Shown piece after piece: positions 29,459-41,235 of a stretch of DNA of 64,000 nt. The stretch comes from Gammaproteobacteria bacterium (lineage in GTDB: Bacteria; Pseudomonadota; Gammaproteobacteria; SZUA-229). Both the position numbers and the translations under genes were made by a program. The first letter of the stretch is position 1. Every line of letters starts with the position of its first letter. The notes beneath the pieces are model-generated. The model was not told the origin of the DNA. It searched no databases and was given only the letters and a program-made list of their open reading frames with translations. The stretch covers positions 1,484 to 65,483 of the forward strand of contig JAOUMX010000002.1 of assembly GCA_029881275.1 (NCBI GenBank), written 5' to 3'.

Positions 29459-30214
29459 TTAATCAATACAGCCGACAGGGTATGGTAATCCAGCAATACG
29501 TGACCCCTGTTTAGAGGGACCATCTGGAAAAAGCTGATACAAATATTCTTTATTGCTTTTCTCTGCACCCAGCGACTCTCTCATATGCCTGAGCAATAAC
29601 TTCACCATAGGTGTAATTAAATACTCATTATAAAAATTTCGCATAAATCGAATAACGATCCAGTGATCTTCCGTTAATTGCAAATTATCTCTTGCGGCAA
29701 GCAACTCCCCCATAGACTCTGTCCATGCATAACGCTCGATCAGGTTACCTTCTTTTGACAAATGATAAATTTCACCATTAAATTCAAACTCAAAACTTTT
29801 CTCTTTGTTTGCAGAAGCATTTACCTCAGACTGTTCTTTAACAACCACGGGCCTGTAATTATTAATCAATGCTGCACGATGTGGACAGGGCAATCCGGCA
29901 ATCTTTGTACTCTGCGCTAAAATGCCATCAGGAAAAAGCTGACTTAAATAATCCTCATTTGCATAATCACGCCCCAGTTTATTAGCTACTTCTTTTAAAA
30001 ATAACTTCATAATCGGTGCATGATTGTATTCCTTATAAAAGTTTCGCAACATACTGATGATTTGCCAGTGCTCATCTGTTAACACCAGACCCTCATGCTC
30101 TGCAATAGCTTCGGCTATGGCATCGGTCCAGTCATCCACATTCTGTAAACGACCCTCATCAGTAAGATGATATTGAACACCAGCCACCTCTAATAAATCA
30201 TGTCTGAATGCCAT
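29459..30214 (-). CDS. tandem-duplicated TusE/DsrC-family sulfur relay protein (two fused domains)
   Basis: Both halves carry the ...NFY.EY...LFPDG..Q..KIAGLP.P family signature. The first ends IAGLPCPHRA and the second ends IAGLPYPVGCID, the latter like E. coli TusE (...IAGLPKPVKCI). Confidence 0.7.
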   Translation of the reverse strand: MAFRHDLLEVAGVQYHLTDEGRLQNVDDWTDAIAEAIAEHEGLVLTDEHWQIISMLRNFYKEYNHAPIMKLFLKEVANKLGRDYANEDYLSQLFPDGILAQSTKIAGLPCPHRAALINNYRPVVVKEQSEVNASANKEKSFEFEFNGEIYHLSKEGNLIERYAWTESMGELLAARDNLQLTEDHWIVIRFMRNFYNEYLITPMVKLLLRHMRESLGAEKSNKEYLYQLFPDGPSKQGSRIAGLPYPVGCID

Positions 30215-30445
30215 GAGGGACTCCTCTACAAGTTATTTATTAAAATTGAAACTCATATACTGGATTATCTCCACGGCCGGAAACAATCAGATTCATTTAG
30301 ACATTTAAAATATATTAATACTTTCAGATAATTATAAACTGGGATCGGACTTAAAGCCGGCACTGAACGTGACCTGCTTAACAGTAATTCTAGACCAAAA
30401 ATTTAAATATGGATAAATCAAGGTAAAACTTTCACCTTAATAATA

Positions 30446-30979
30446 CTATTTTGATTTTGGACGAAAAGCCTTAATCACCGTTTCATCGGTTTCGAGATAA
30501 GGCCCCTCAATCAAATCAATACAATAGGGAACGGCAGGAAAAACAGCATCCAGGCATTCTCGAATCGATTTGGGTTTGCCCGGTAAATTTATAATCAGAG
30601 ATTTATGCCGTATACCCGCTGTTTGTCGCGACAAGATTGCCGTGGGCACATATTGCAAACTGACCTGACGCATCAGCTCGCCAAACCCGGGCATCATCTT
30701 ATTGCACACCGCTTCCGTTGCTTCTGGTACTAAATCCCTGGGAGCAGGCCCGGTGCCACCGGTGGTCACGATCAGACAGCAATGTTCATGATCTGCCAGA
30801 TCAATTAATGTGTCTTCAACCCCGTGCTGATCATCGGGAATCACTCGGTATACCGGTTCCCAGTCAGAGATCAGATAATCTTTCAAGGTATCAATAATGG
30901 CCTGCCCAGAAATATCCTCATAAACGCCAGCACTGGCTCTATCCGAGGCAGTCACCACTCCAATTTTTATTTTCGACAT
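30446..30979 (-). CDS. mog: molybdopterin adenylyltransferase (MogA/MoaB family)
   Basis: VTTGGTGP motif, 177 aa. Confidence 0.8.
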   Translation of the reverse strand: MSKIKIGVVTASDRASAGVYEDISGQAIIDTLKDYLISDWEPVYRVIPDDQHGVEDTLIDLADHEHCCLIVTTGGTGPAPRDLVPEATEAVCNKMMPGFGELMRQVSLQYVPTAILSRQTAGIRHKSLIINLPGKPKSIRECLDAVFPAVPYCIDLIEGPYLETDETVIKAFRPKSK

Positions 30980-31030
30980 ATTGCTTACCCGTAAATTTTG
31001 CCAAATTATAGCAATGAACTATGATCGGAG

Positions 31031-31307
31031 TATGAGCAAACCCAGCGACTCCGAATTAAAAACTGCACTCACCAAAGCCATTAATATGAAAGAGCAGGGC
31101 GAGGATGAATTCTTTCTGGCGAAAACATTAATCAATCATCATTATCGAATCCGCTACCTGGAAGATCTACTGGTCATTGCGGATCGCTATATGAATCATG
31201 GCATGGCCGAACATGAACGCATGGGTTTATTACGTGCCATTGAAAAAGCAAAACAGGCAGAACAACGAACAGCAGGTAATGAACATGATGATTTTGGACT
31301 GGAATAA
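31031..31307 (+). CDS. hypothetical protein
   Basis: ORF only. The start is taken at MSKPSD, which has a GGAG Shine-Dalgarno upstream. The 30981 start would leave no intergenic space to the divergent mog gene. Confidence 0.4.
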
Positions 31308-31325
31308 TCCAGCCAGATAATCTGC

Positions 31326-32987
31326 TTATGGAATAACCACCGATTGACCCGTACCACGATGATCTGATGCGGCAGCCATAGTTAACTTCTTCTTATCCCA
31401 GATAACCATCTGCATATTGCCCCAGGTATTGTCTTCCGCCTTAAACTTGTGCCCCATGGCCGTCAGTTGTTCAATCTGTTGCGCCGATAACGCCCCCGGC
31501 TCATAAGAAATAATATCCGGCAAATACTGATGATGATATCTGGGCAGATCAACAATAGTCTGAGCATCCTCTCCCTGATTAAACGCCAGGGCACCAAGCA
31601 ATACCATGGAAATTATTCGACTCCCGCCCGGTGTGCCGAGTACAGCCAGACGATTTTTGGTTTGCAGAAAAGTCGGCGTCATACTGGACAACATTCGCTT
31701 ACCCGGTTGGATTGCGTTAGCATCCGCACCGACCAGTCCATACACATTAGGCACGCCCGGCTTGGCTGAAAAATCATCCATTTCATCATTTAACAACACA
31801 CCTGTACCCGGCGGTACAAAGCATGATCCAAACGGATAATTTATCGATAAGGTAGCCGCCACATAATTACCCTCATGATCAATTATTGAAAAATGCGTCG
31901 TATCCGTAGCGCCATCTTTTTTCTTCATGCCCGGCAAAGCATCACTGGGTGTTGCCGCTTTTGGTCGAATGGTGGTACGTAATCCAGCGGCATAATCTTT
32001 ATTTATTAATTTGGCGACAGGTACTTTTACAAAGTCCGTATCGCCCAGATATTCTGCCCGATCACGATAAGCTCTGCGCATAGCTTCGACTATATAATGC
32101 TTCTGCTGTATAGCAGACAACTTCTCTAAAGGATAAGCCGATAATTGATTAAGAATTTCCACCAGCGCCACACCACCGGATGAAGGTGGCGCCACCGACG
32201 TAATTTTCATACCCCGGTATTCAGCCTTAATAGGTTTACGTTCAATCACTTTATAATCATTGAAATCTTTTGTACTCCAGATGCCGCCCGCTTTATTAGT
32301 ACCCTGAATGAGTTTATCTGCCAGTGGCCCTTTGTAAAAACCATCTGCACCTTTATCTGCGATCAGCCTGAGAGTTTTTGCAAGGTCTTTCTGTTTTATC
32401 CTGTAACCGACTGCAGGCACTTTACCTTTATGCAAAAAAATAGCGGCCGCGGCTGGTGAGCGCTTTAATTCTTTTAAACGAAATTTGGCCATATGCTGAT
32501 AATGCTTATCTACAGCAAAACCTTTTTCAGCGTAACGGATAGCCGGTTGCAAACTTTTATTTAAAGGCAATTGACCATAATGAACAGCCAGATGCTCCAG
32601 TGCAGCAGGCACACCGGGGATACCCGCAGATAAAGGCCCATTCATTGATGCGCCTGTAATAACATCGCCATTCTTATCCAGATACATATCACGATGTGCA
32701 TTAAACGGTGCTCGCTCACGGCCATCCAGCATCACTTCAAACTGGTCCTCTGCTCTGTGCAATAACCAGAAACCACCACCACCAATACCCGAACTATAAG
32801 GCTCGACTACCGCTAATGCGGCACTGACAGCAACAGCCGCATCAAAAGCATTACCACCGGCCTGGAGAATTTCTTCACCGGCCTGAGTCGCTAAGGGATG
32901 CGCACTGGCAATTGCCGCTGGCTGACGGGCTTGCAGCGGAAATGACGTAACAACTAATAAAAGAAACGAAAAAAGAAATTTATACAT
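31326..32987 (-). CDS. ggt: gamma-glutamyltranspeptidase
   Basis: Signal peptide and the TTHFSIIDHEGN autoprocessing-threonine motif. Confidence 0.9.
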   Translation of the reverse strand: MYKFLFSFLLLVVTSFPLQARQPAAIASAHPLATQAGEEILQAGGNAFDAAVAVSAALAVVEPYSSGIGGGGFWLLHRAEDQFEVMLDGRERAPFNAHRDMYLDKNGDVITGASMNGPLSAGIPGVPAALEHLAVHYGQLPLNKSLQPAIRYAEKGFAVDKHYQHMAKFRLKELKRSPAAAAIFLHKGKVPAVGYRIKQKDLAKTLRLIADKGADGFYKGPLADKLIQGTNKAGGIWSTKDFNDYKVIERKPIKAEYRGMKITSVAPPSSGGVALVEILNQLSAYPLEKLSAIQQKHYIVEAMRRAYRDRAEYLGDTDFVKVPVAKLINKDYAAGLRTTIRPKAATPSDALPGMKKKDGATDTTHFSIIDHEGNYVAATLSINYPFGSCFVPPGTGVLLNDEMDDFSAKPGVPNVYGLVGADANAIQPGKRMLSSMTPTFLQTKNRLAVLGTPGGSRIISMVLLGALAFNQGEDAQTIVDLPRYHHQYLPDIISYEPGALSAQQIEQLTAMGHKFKAEDNTWGNMQMVIWDKKKLTMAAASDHRGTGQSVVIP

Positions 32988-33021
32988 TATTGATTTTGAT
33001 TATAGCAAGTCATCATATGAA

Positions 33022-33049
33022 TAAAAAAAGCCCCGAACGGGGCTTTTAT

Positions 33050-33052
<3 letters not shown>
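33022..33052 (-). terminator. rho-independent terminator downstream of the ferredoxin gene
   Basis: AAGCCCCG-AA-CGGGGCTT with flanking A- and T-runs. Confidence 0.7.
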
Positions 33053-33298
<246 letters not shown>

Positions 33299-33317
33299 TT
33301 ATCACTCCCGGCTCTCA

Positions 33318-34388
<1,071 letters not shown>

Positions 34389-34417
<29 letters not shown>

Positions 34418-35706
34418 TAACAGTAATCATTTTATCCGGATGAATTCGTCTAACCAGTGCATCGCGGATTTTATGAATATCAATGGCACGTATTTTATCG
34501 TTAAACTCCTGCAAATAGGTTAACGGCAAATCATAAAAACCGATCATCGCCAGGTACTCAACCAGTTTCCGATTACTGTCTATCCGTAAGGGAAAGCCTC
34601 CGGTAATGTTAGTTAAACTGGCCTCAAGCTCTTCTTTGGTTGGACCTTCATCGATGTATCGTTTTAATTCACTATTAATAATCTGTAATGCCTGCTCAGC
34701 CTGATCATTACGTGTTTGCAATCCCATCTGAAAAGGCCCGGGCAATCTCATCGGTAAAAAATAACTATAAACACTATAAGCAAGACCGCGTTTCTCACGC
34801 ACTTCATCTACCAGTCTTGATGCAAAACCACTGCCGCCGAACGGATGATTAGCTACATACAGCGAATAATAATCATCATCTCCACGAGAGGTTCCTAGTT
34901 GACCAATTAATATATGGCTTTGGCTGGATGGAAAATCAATCTCAATAGTTTTAGATTCTGTTAATGGCTTAACATCTGAAACTTTTTCAGCACGCTGCCC
35001 AACAGGCAAATCACTCAGCAAGTCATTAATCATATTTTCTGCCTGCTGACGAGTTAAATCACCAACAATGGAAATCACTGCATTTTTCACCGTATAGTAT
35101 TTTTTATAAAACACACGAAGATCAGCCACCTTTATTTTTGCCAGGCTTTTTTCAGTACCTTCCGTTGGCATAGCATAGGGATGGTCACCATACAGCGCTT
35201 TATAAAACGCTTCTTCTGCAATCGCTGATGGTGACTGCTGGTTACCCTGCACTGAAATTTTCAGGCGCTCAATTTCACGCTTAAATGCTGGCGCAGGAAA
35301 ATCTGGCCTGGTTAAAATTTTATCCAGCGCCGCCAGTGCTGGCTTCAGATATTGAGCATCACTTAATGAACGCAGATTTAGCCAGGCCATATCTTTTAAT
35401 GCGCCATTACTAAACTGTGCCCCGACTGCCTCAAACTGCTCTGCCAGTTGCTGAGCATTGTTACCTGCGGCACCTTCAGACATCAGACCATTAGTTAATA
35501 AGGCCACACCATAATTTCCATCATCACGTGCACTACCGGCATCAAAAACCAGGCGTAAATCAATGACAGGCAAGTCATTCGCTGGCACAAAATATACTCG
35601 CGCCCCCTTTTCTGACACCCAGTGCTGAATATCAGGCGCCGCAGATACAACACCTGTTAGCGAAAAACAAAACAGGACAAGAATATTTCTTAATTTAATG
35701 ACCATG
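34389..35706 (-). CDS. M16-family zinc peptidase, second (non-HxxEH) subunit type
   Basis: M16 fold similarity. The start at MVIKLRNILVLFCF gives a signal peptide and a 12-nt overlap with the upstream gene. Confidence 0.75.
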
Positions 35707-37107
35707 CACTGATACTCCTGCACTCTTATTTTTTGACTGGTGTTCAATTGGCAACGGATCTAAAACAGCAACCGTCAGTGTATCCCTGATTAAATATTTT
35801 TTTGCTACTGCCTGCACCTGATCGGCAGTGACTGCCTGTATGTTTTTCATATAATCCTGTTTTATTTCCCAGCCAAGATTTATAGTTTCCAGAATGCCTA
35901 ATTGCATGGCCTGATAAAATACCGAGTCCTGCTCATAAATAGCGGATGACATTACTTTTGCTTTTACTCTGGCCAGTTCTTCATCACTGGGCTTCTGTTG
36001 ACGTAATTTTTCAACTTCAGTCAACATCGCTGCTTCCAGTTTTTCCATAGTACTGTTTGTAGCTGGTGTACCCTCGAGTAAAAACAAGGAACTTTGCCGA
36101 TTATATAAATCATAACCCGCACCCGCCTGACTGGCGATTTCCGAACCTCTGACCAGATGACGGGTAATACGACTGCCATCCCCCCCATCCAGAACACCCG
36201 CCAGAACTTCCAGTGCATAAGCTTCCCAGGGCTGCGCAGCCGTTTTTAATACCGGCACTTTATAACCCATCATCAAATAAGGTACTTTGGCTGGTGCCTT
36301 TATACTGAGGCGACGCTCACCATGCTGCCTCACTTCAGTACGGGATTTCAGCTGTGGAATCACCGATGGCTCTAACTGCGCAAAATATTTTTCTGCCAGT
36401 GCAAAAACATTTTCAGCCATAACATCACCCGCCACCACCAGTGTTGCATTATTCGGTGCATACCAGGTCTTATACCATTGCGCTAAATCATCAATGGTCA
36501 TAGCATCAAGATCATCCATCCAGCCAATAATAGGCTGATGATAAGATGAATTTAAATAAGCGACCGCATTAAAATGCTCATACGCTAACGCGGTCGGATC
36601 ATCATCGGTACGCATGCGGCGTTCTTCCTTAATGACTTCAATTTCTTTTTTAAACTCATTCTCATCAAGAATCAGATTGCGCATACGATCTGCTTCAAGT
36701 TTGAGACACAACTCCAGTCGATCACTGGCAATACGCTGAAAGTAGGCAGTGTAATCCTTTCCGGTAAAAGCATTCTCACTACCGCCGTTAGCAGCAATAA
36801 TCTCCGAAAACTGACCGGCCGGATAAGTATCGGTTCCTTTAAACATCATATGTTCAAGCGCATGAGATACACCGGTAATTCCATCATATTCATAACTACC
36901 ACCGACCTTATACCAGACCTGTGACACAACCACGGGTGCCCGGTGATTTTCCAGCACCAGGATTTTCATGCCGTTACCTAAGGTACGCGTCTGTACAGCA
37001 GCATCTGCATTTTCAATCTGCAGATTATCCTGCCTGACCCCCTGCTGACAGCCCTGCAAGAGCAACAACAACCCTGTAAAACCTGTAATGAATGCGTTAA
37101 ACCGCAT
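35695..37107 (-). CDS. M16-family zinc peptidase (pitrilysin-like) with intact HxxEH
   Basis: Signal peptide with a lipobox-like LLQGC; HALEHMMF zinc motif. Confidence 0.85.
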   Translation of the reverse strand: MRFNAFITGFTGLLLLLQGCQQGVRQDNLQIENADAAVQTRTLGNGMKILVLENHRAPVVVSQVWYKVGGSYEYDGITGVSHALEHMMFKGTDTYPAGQFSEIIAANGGSENAFTGKDYTAYFQRIASDRLELCLKLEADRMRNLILDENEFKKEIEVIKEERRMRTDDDPTALAYEHFNAVAYLNSSYHQPIIGWMDDLDAMTIDDLAQWYKTWYAPNNATLVVAGDVMAENVFALAEKYFAQLEPSVIPQLKSRTEVRQHGERRLSIKAPAKVPYLMMGYKVPVLKTAAQPWEAYALEVLAGVLDGGDGSRITRHLVRGSEIASQAGAGYDLYNRQSSLFLLEGTPATNSTMEKLEAAMLTEVEKLRQQKPSDEELARVKAKVMSSAIYEQDSVFYQAMQLGILETINLGWEIKQDYMKNIQAVTADQVQAVAKKYLIRDTLTVAVLDPLPIEHQSKNKSAGVSVHGH

Positions 37108-37268
37108 AATTCCCCCAGAGATGATTAATTTTTACCCAGTGACTACGACTAAAATAACTGATACAAGGTTCCACGAAGACTCTACCCATTTCAGTTTAAA
37201 GAATTTTGGTCGCGACAATGCTAAGATATGTGACTTCGATATTTAGCCATAAAAAAATTTAACTTGCC

Positions 37269-38435
37269 ATGTTTGGGTTTTTACGTAGAAAAAAAGACGC
37301 TTCACAGGATGCTGCTGACACGACTGATGTCATCCCGCCAGCTATTGAATCTACGGAAGATGACACAAGACAAGACAGTCATCAGGAAACGTCAGACGCC
37401 ACCTCGACTGCCATCGAACCAGCAGAAGACGCGTCAATAAAAGGTCCGCAGGATACGACCGACACACCGCACCTGAGTCCCTCCGCCGTCAAAGCCGAAA
37501 ACAAGGACTCTCATAAAAAAGGCATGTTTCGCAGCCTGCGGGATCGCCTGAGCAAAACTCGTCAGAATCTTACTGATGGCATGGCCGATCTGGTTCTTGG
37601 CAAGAAATCCATTGATGATGAATTACTGGAAGAACTGGAAAACAGATTACTTATGGCCGATGTCGGCGTAGAGGCAACGACTAAAATCATCACCGATTTA
37701 ACCAAACGTGTTGCCAGAAAGGAACTCCATAACCCGGAAGCCCTGTTCAATGCACTCTGCGATGACATGATTAATATACTCAGCAAATGTGAACAACCTC
37801 TTGTAACAGAGCACCATTCGCCTTTTGTGATTCTGGTCGTGGGCATAAATGGCGCAGGCAAAACAACCACGATAGGCAAACTGGCACGAAAATTTCAGAA
37901 TCACGGCAAATCCGTCATTCTGGCTGCAGGTGATACCTTCAGGGCAGCCGCAGTTGAACAACTTCAAACCTGGGGTGAACGCAACAATATACCGGTAATA
38001 GCCCAGGGTACAGGTGCCGATTCGGCCTCTGTTATTTTTGACGCCATTGCCTCTGCAAAAGCAAAAAATATCGATATCGTCATTGCCGATACTGCGGGAC
38101 GATTGCACACTCAGTCGAACCTGATGGATGAGCTGAAAAAAATCAAACGCGTCATGACCAAACTGGATGAAGCCGCGCCCCATGAAACTCTACTGGTGAT
38201 GGATGCGGGTTTTGGTCAAAATGGTCTGATTCAGGCTCAGCAGTTCAATGATGCACTGGGGCTCACCGGACTCACACTGACCAAGCTGGACGGTACTGCC
38301 AAAGGTGGCATTGTATTCGCAATTGCTGAAAAACTGGGCCTGCCCATACGCTATATTGGTGTCGGTGAAAACATAGAGGACCTTCGGGAATTCAATTCCA
38401 GTGACTTTGTTAATGCACTGCTGGATAAGGAATAA
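37269..38435 (+). CDS. ftsY: signal recognition particle receptor
   Basis: Acidic N-terminal domain and a GINGAGKTTTIGKLA NG domain. Confidence 0.92.
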   Translation: MFGFLRRKKDASQDAADTTDVIPPAIESTEDDTRQDSHQETSDATSTAIEPAEDASIKGPQDTTDTPHLSPSAVKAENKDSHKKGMFRSLRDRLSKTRQNLTDGMADLVLGKKSIDDELLEELENRLLMADVGVEATTKIITDLTKRVARKELHNPEALFNALCDDMINILSKCEQPLVTEHHSPFVILVVGINGAGKTTTIGKLARKFQNHGKSVILAAGDTFRAAAVEQLQTWGERNNIPVIAQGTGADSASVIFDAIASAKAKNIDIVIADTAGRLHTQSNLMDELKKIKRVMTKLDEAAPHETLLVMDAGFGQNGLIQAQQFNDALGLTGLTLTKLDGTAKGGIVFAIAEKLGLPIRYIGVGENIEDLREFNSSDFVNALLDKE

Positions 38436-38494
38436 TTCTATTGATTACCTCAAGCCACTTGCCTTATTACACCCATAGGGCAAAATAAACAGCA

Positions 38495-39178
38495 ATGATT
38501 CATTTTGATAATGTTAACAAGCGCTATCCCGGCGGTCATGAAGCACTGATCAACTTAAGCTTCCACATACCCCGTGGCCAGATGGCTTTTCTTACCGGGC
38601 ATTCGGGCGCGGGGAAAAGCACATTACTCAAACTCATTGCACTGATTGAAAGGCCCAGCCGGGGCAATATTCTGCTCGACGGTATCAATCTGAGCCAGAT
38701 CAAAAACAGCAAGATCCCCTATATTCGTCGCAATATTGGCATTATTTTTCAGAACCATCATCTACTCTACGACCGCACAGTATTCGATAATGTTGCCTTG
38801 CCATTAATTATCGCCGGTTATACGCATAATGAAGTTGGCAAACGGGTCAGAGCTGCACTGGACCAGGTGGGCCTGTTAAATAAGGAAAAAGTCGCGCCCA
38901 TAACCCTTTCCGGCGGAGAACAACAACGAGTAGGCATTGCCCGTGCCATTGTCCACAAACCAGGACTGTTACTGGCTGACGAACCCACGGGTAATCTTGA
39001 TCCTGAATTATCACGAGAAATTATGGAACTGTTTGCACGTTTCAACCAGGTTGGCGTCACGGTTTTAATTGCCAGCCATGACCTGGACTTAATTGGCCAG
39101 ATGCAGCGCCCGGTTATCAGCCTGAAAGATGGCCTGCTGGTACATGATGATTTAGCGGAGATGACCAGCCATGGCTAA
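38495..39178 (+). CDS. ftsE: cell division ABC ATPase
   Basis: Walker A GHSGAGKST and ABC signature LSGGEQQR. Confidence 0.92.
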   Translation: MIHFDNVNKRYPGGHEALINLSFHIPRGQMAFLTGHSGAGKSTLLKLIALIERPSRGNILLDGINLSQIKNSKIPYIRRNIGIIFQNHHLLYDRTVFDNVALPLIIAGYTHNEVGKRVRAALDQVGLLNKEKVAPITLSGGEQQRVGIARAIVHKPGLLLADEPTGNLDPELSREIMELFARFNQVGVTVLIASHDLDLIGQMQRPVISLKDGLLVHDDLAEMTSHG

Positions 39179-40130
39179 ATTCGAGTCATCCAATCAGGTC
39201 GCCCGAAACTCACCTGTCAAAGCCTATTTCATTCATCACATACGCACTCTAATTTCCAGCCTGGGGTTTCTTACACGTAATGGCCTCTCAACCGTTATGA
39301 CCATGACCGTCATTGCCATTGCGCTGGCCCTGCCATCAGGATTATATGTATTTTTAACCAATATCAGTCATGTCAGTGTCGGCTGGGATAACAGTGCACA
39401 GATTTCTTTATTTTTAAAATCAGATGTTACCGAAAAACAGGCACAACAACTGGTCAAAAAACTTAATCTGTATGAAGATATCAAAACAGTAAAACTGATT
39501 CATAAAGATGATGCACTGGAAGAATTTCAGCGCATTTCAGGCTTCGGTGAAGCACTGGAATCTTTAGGCAAAAACCCGCTACCCCATGTAATAGCCGCCC
39601 AGCCCAAAATCGACCCGCAACGAGCAGACAAAATACAACACCTGCTTAAAGAATTACGCAACCTGAAAGAAGTCGACATAGCCCAACTGGATCTACAATG
39701 GGTGAAACGCCTGTATTCTATGCTGGAAATAGCTCACAGAGGCATCTGGGTCATATCTGTCCTGCTGGCACTGGCCGTTTTACTGGTGGTTGGCAACACT
39801 ATACGACTCGACATTCAAAATCGTCGTGCCGAAATTGAAGTCACCAAATTAATTGGTGCCACCAATGCATTTATTCGACGACCCTTTTTATACTCTGGTC
39901 TGTGGTATGGCCTGAGCGGGGGCGTCCTGGCATGGATACTGACCAGCATCTCGATTGGATTAATGGAAAACTCGGTTGAACAGCTTGCCAGCCTGTACAA
40001 CAGCGGCTTTCAACTGCAGGGGCTTTATTTTAATGAAGCCATGACACTGATTGGGTTTAGTTGTAGCCTTGGACTTCTGGGCTCATGGATAGCTGTCAGT
40101 CGTCATCTTCATGAAATTGAACCCAGTTAA
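39171..40130 (+). CDS. ftsX: cell division ABC permease-like protein
   Basis: Four TM helices with a periplasmic domain, coupled to ftsE. Confidence 0.9.
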   Translation: MAKFESSNQVARNSPVKAYFIHHIRTLISSLGFLTRNGLSTVMTMTVIAIALALPSGLYVFLTNISHVSVGWDNSAQISLFLKSDVTEKQAQQLVKKLNLYEDIKTVKLIHKDDALEEFQRISGFGEALESLGKNPLPHVIAAQPKIDPQRADKIQHLLKELRNLKEVDIAQLDLQWVKRLYSMLEIAHRGIWVISVLLALAVLLVVGNTIRLDIQNRRAEIEVTKLIGATNAFIRRPFLYSGLWYGLSGGVLAWILTSISIGLMENSVEQLASLYNSGFQLQGLYFNEAMTLIGFSCSLGLLGSWIAVSRHLHEIEPS

Positions 40131-40198
40131 CTCAGCTATTACGGATTCTTTCTCAGCCTTACACAGCTATAATCCCAGTATACACATAATCAAACCGT

Positions 40199-41095
40199 TT
40201 GAAGAAACCATCAGCTTTGACACGCATCATACTTAAGAGCAAAACAAATACTGAAATGCAGTCCCACATGAATATTCCAAAAAAAGTGTTACTGATTGAT
40301 CACTCAAGTACTGCACTTGCGATTATTAGCCGACTAATAATCCAGGAAATCGACCATGTGACGGTTGATATACAGACATCGAGCATTGCAGCTCTCGACT
40401 CATTAAAACTGGAAAAGTACGACCTCATTACTATGTCGCGCAATTTACCCGATATGGAATGTGAAAAATTTATAGAAAAAATCCGCATTGACATGCATAT
40501 CCGCCATACCCCGATCATTGTGATTTCTGGACAGAATATGGGTGCACTTGAAGAACAGGTCGCCTGTCACTACGTCAATGGCTACTTTGACAAAAACCTG
40601 GGCCAGGAAAAACTGGTTGAATATATAAAATCATTTCTCACCGTTGAGCTACCGAGCACGACCCGAACTGGCAATATTTTATATGTTGAAGATAGCCCAA
40701 CCGTTGCTCAGGTCGTTAAAAGCATGCTTACCAAACATGGCCATAATTACCTGTTTGCCAGCAATGCCGAAGAAGCGCTGGATCATCTGCGTAGATCATT
40801 CACAGGAAGCCATATTCAACCATTTGATCTTTTATTAACCGATATACAACTTGAAGGCCATATGTCAGGTACAGATCTTATGCGTGAAGTACGTCATGGA
40901 CTGGGGCTGACACCAGAGCAGCTTCCTATTCTGGTTACGACATCTAATAATGAAAACAATGACAAAATCCTCAATCAGATATTTGCGGCGGGTGCCAATG
41001 ACCTGCTTGAAAAGCCGGTTCAGGAAGCCCTGTTCATTGCCCGAATGAACAACCTGCTCAGACTCAGACATCAATACCTTATCATAAACTCTTGA
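40199..41095 (+). CDS. tandem-receiver response regulator (REC-REC, no output domain); the first REC is degenerate
   Basis: The second REC has D..D, the phospho-Asp (LLLTDIQL), T and K. The first REC has Ser at the phospho-acceptor position (DLITMSRNLPDM). The start may be at an internal Met (MQSHMNIPKK). Confidence 0.7.
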   Translation: MKKPSALTRIILKSKTNTEMQSHMNIPKKVLLIDHSSTALAIISRLIIQEIDHVTVDIQTSSIAALDSLKLEKYDLITMSRNLPDMECEKFIEKIRIDMHIRHTPIIVISGQNMGALEEQVACHYVNGYFDKNLGQEKLVEYIKSFLTVELPSTTRTGNILYVEDSPTVAQVVKSMLTKHGHNYLFASNAEEALDHLRRSFTGSHIQPFDLLLTDIQLEGHMSGTDLMREVRHGLGLTPEQLPILVTTSNNENNDKILNQIFAAGANDLLEKPVQEALFIARMNNLLRLRHQYLIINS

Positions 41096-41235
41096 TTTAC
41101 AAGCATTTAATATCAAGCACGGCTTTACAGACGCGCCTTATCCTTCTATCTGTCTTTGCTGAACCAAAACAAGAATTAGCACTCTAAGATTTTGAGTGCT
41201 AAAATACACCCAAATTTAGAAATAGCGGAGTTCAT

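Noticed and set aside
37562-38183. Antisense ORFs inside ftsY (37562-37879 and 37698-38183, minus strand), and similar nested ORFs inside gltD (47745-48174), tsaD (46064-46505), the malic enzyme gene (12914-13332), ggt (31530-31839) and other well-supported genes.
   Set aside because: They lie entirely within strongly supported conserved genes on the opposite strand or in another frame. They show no recognisable domains and are typical shadow ORFs.
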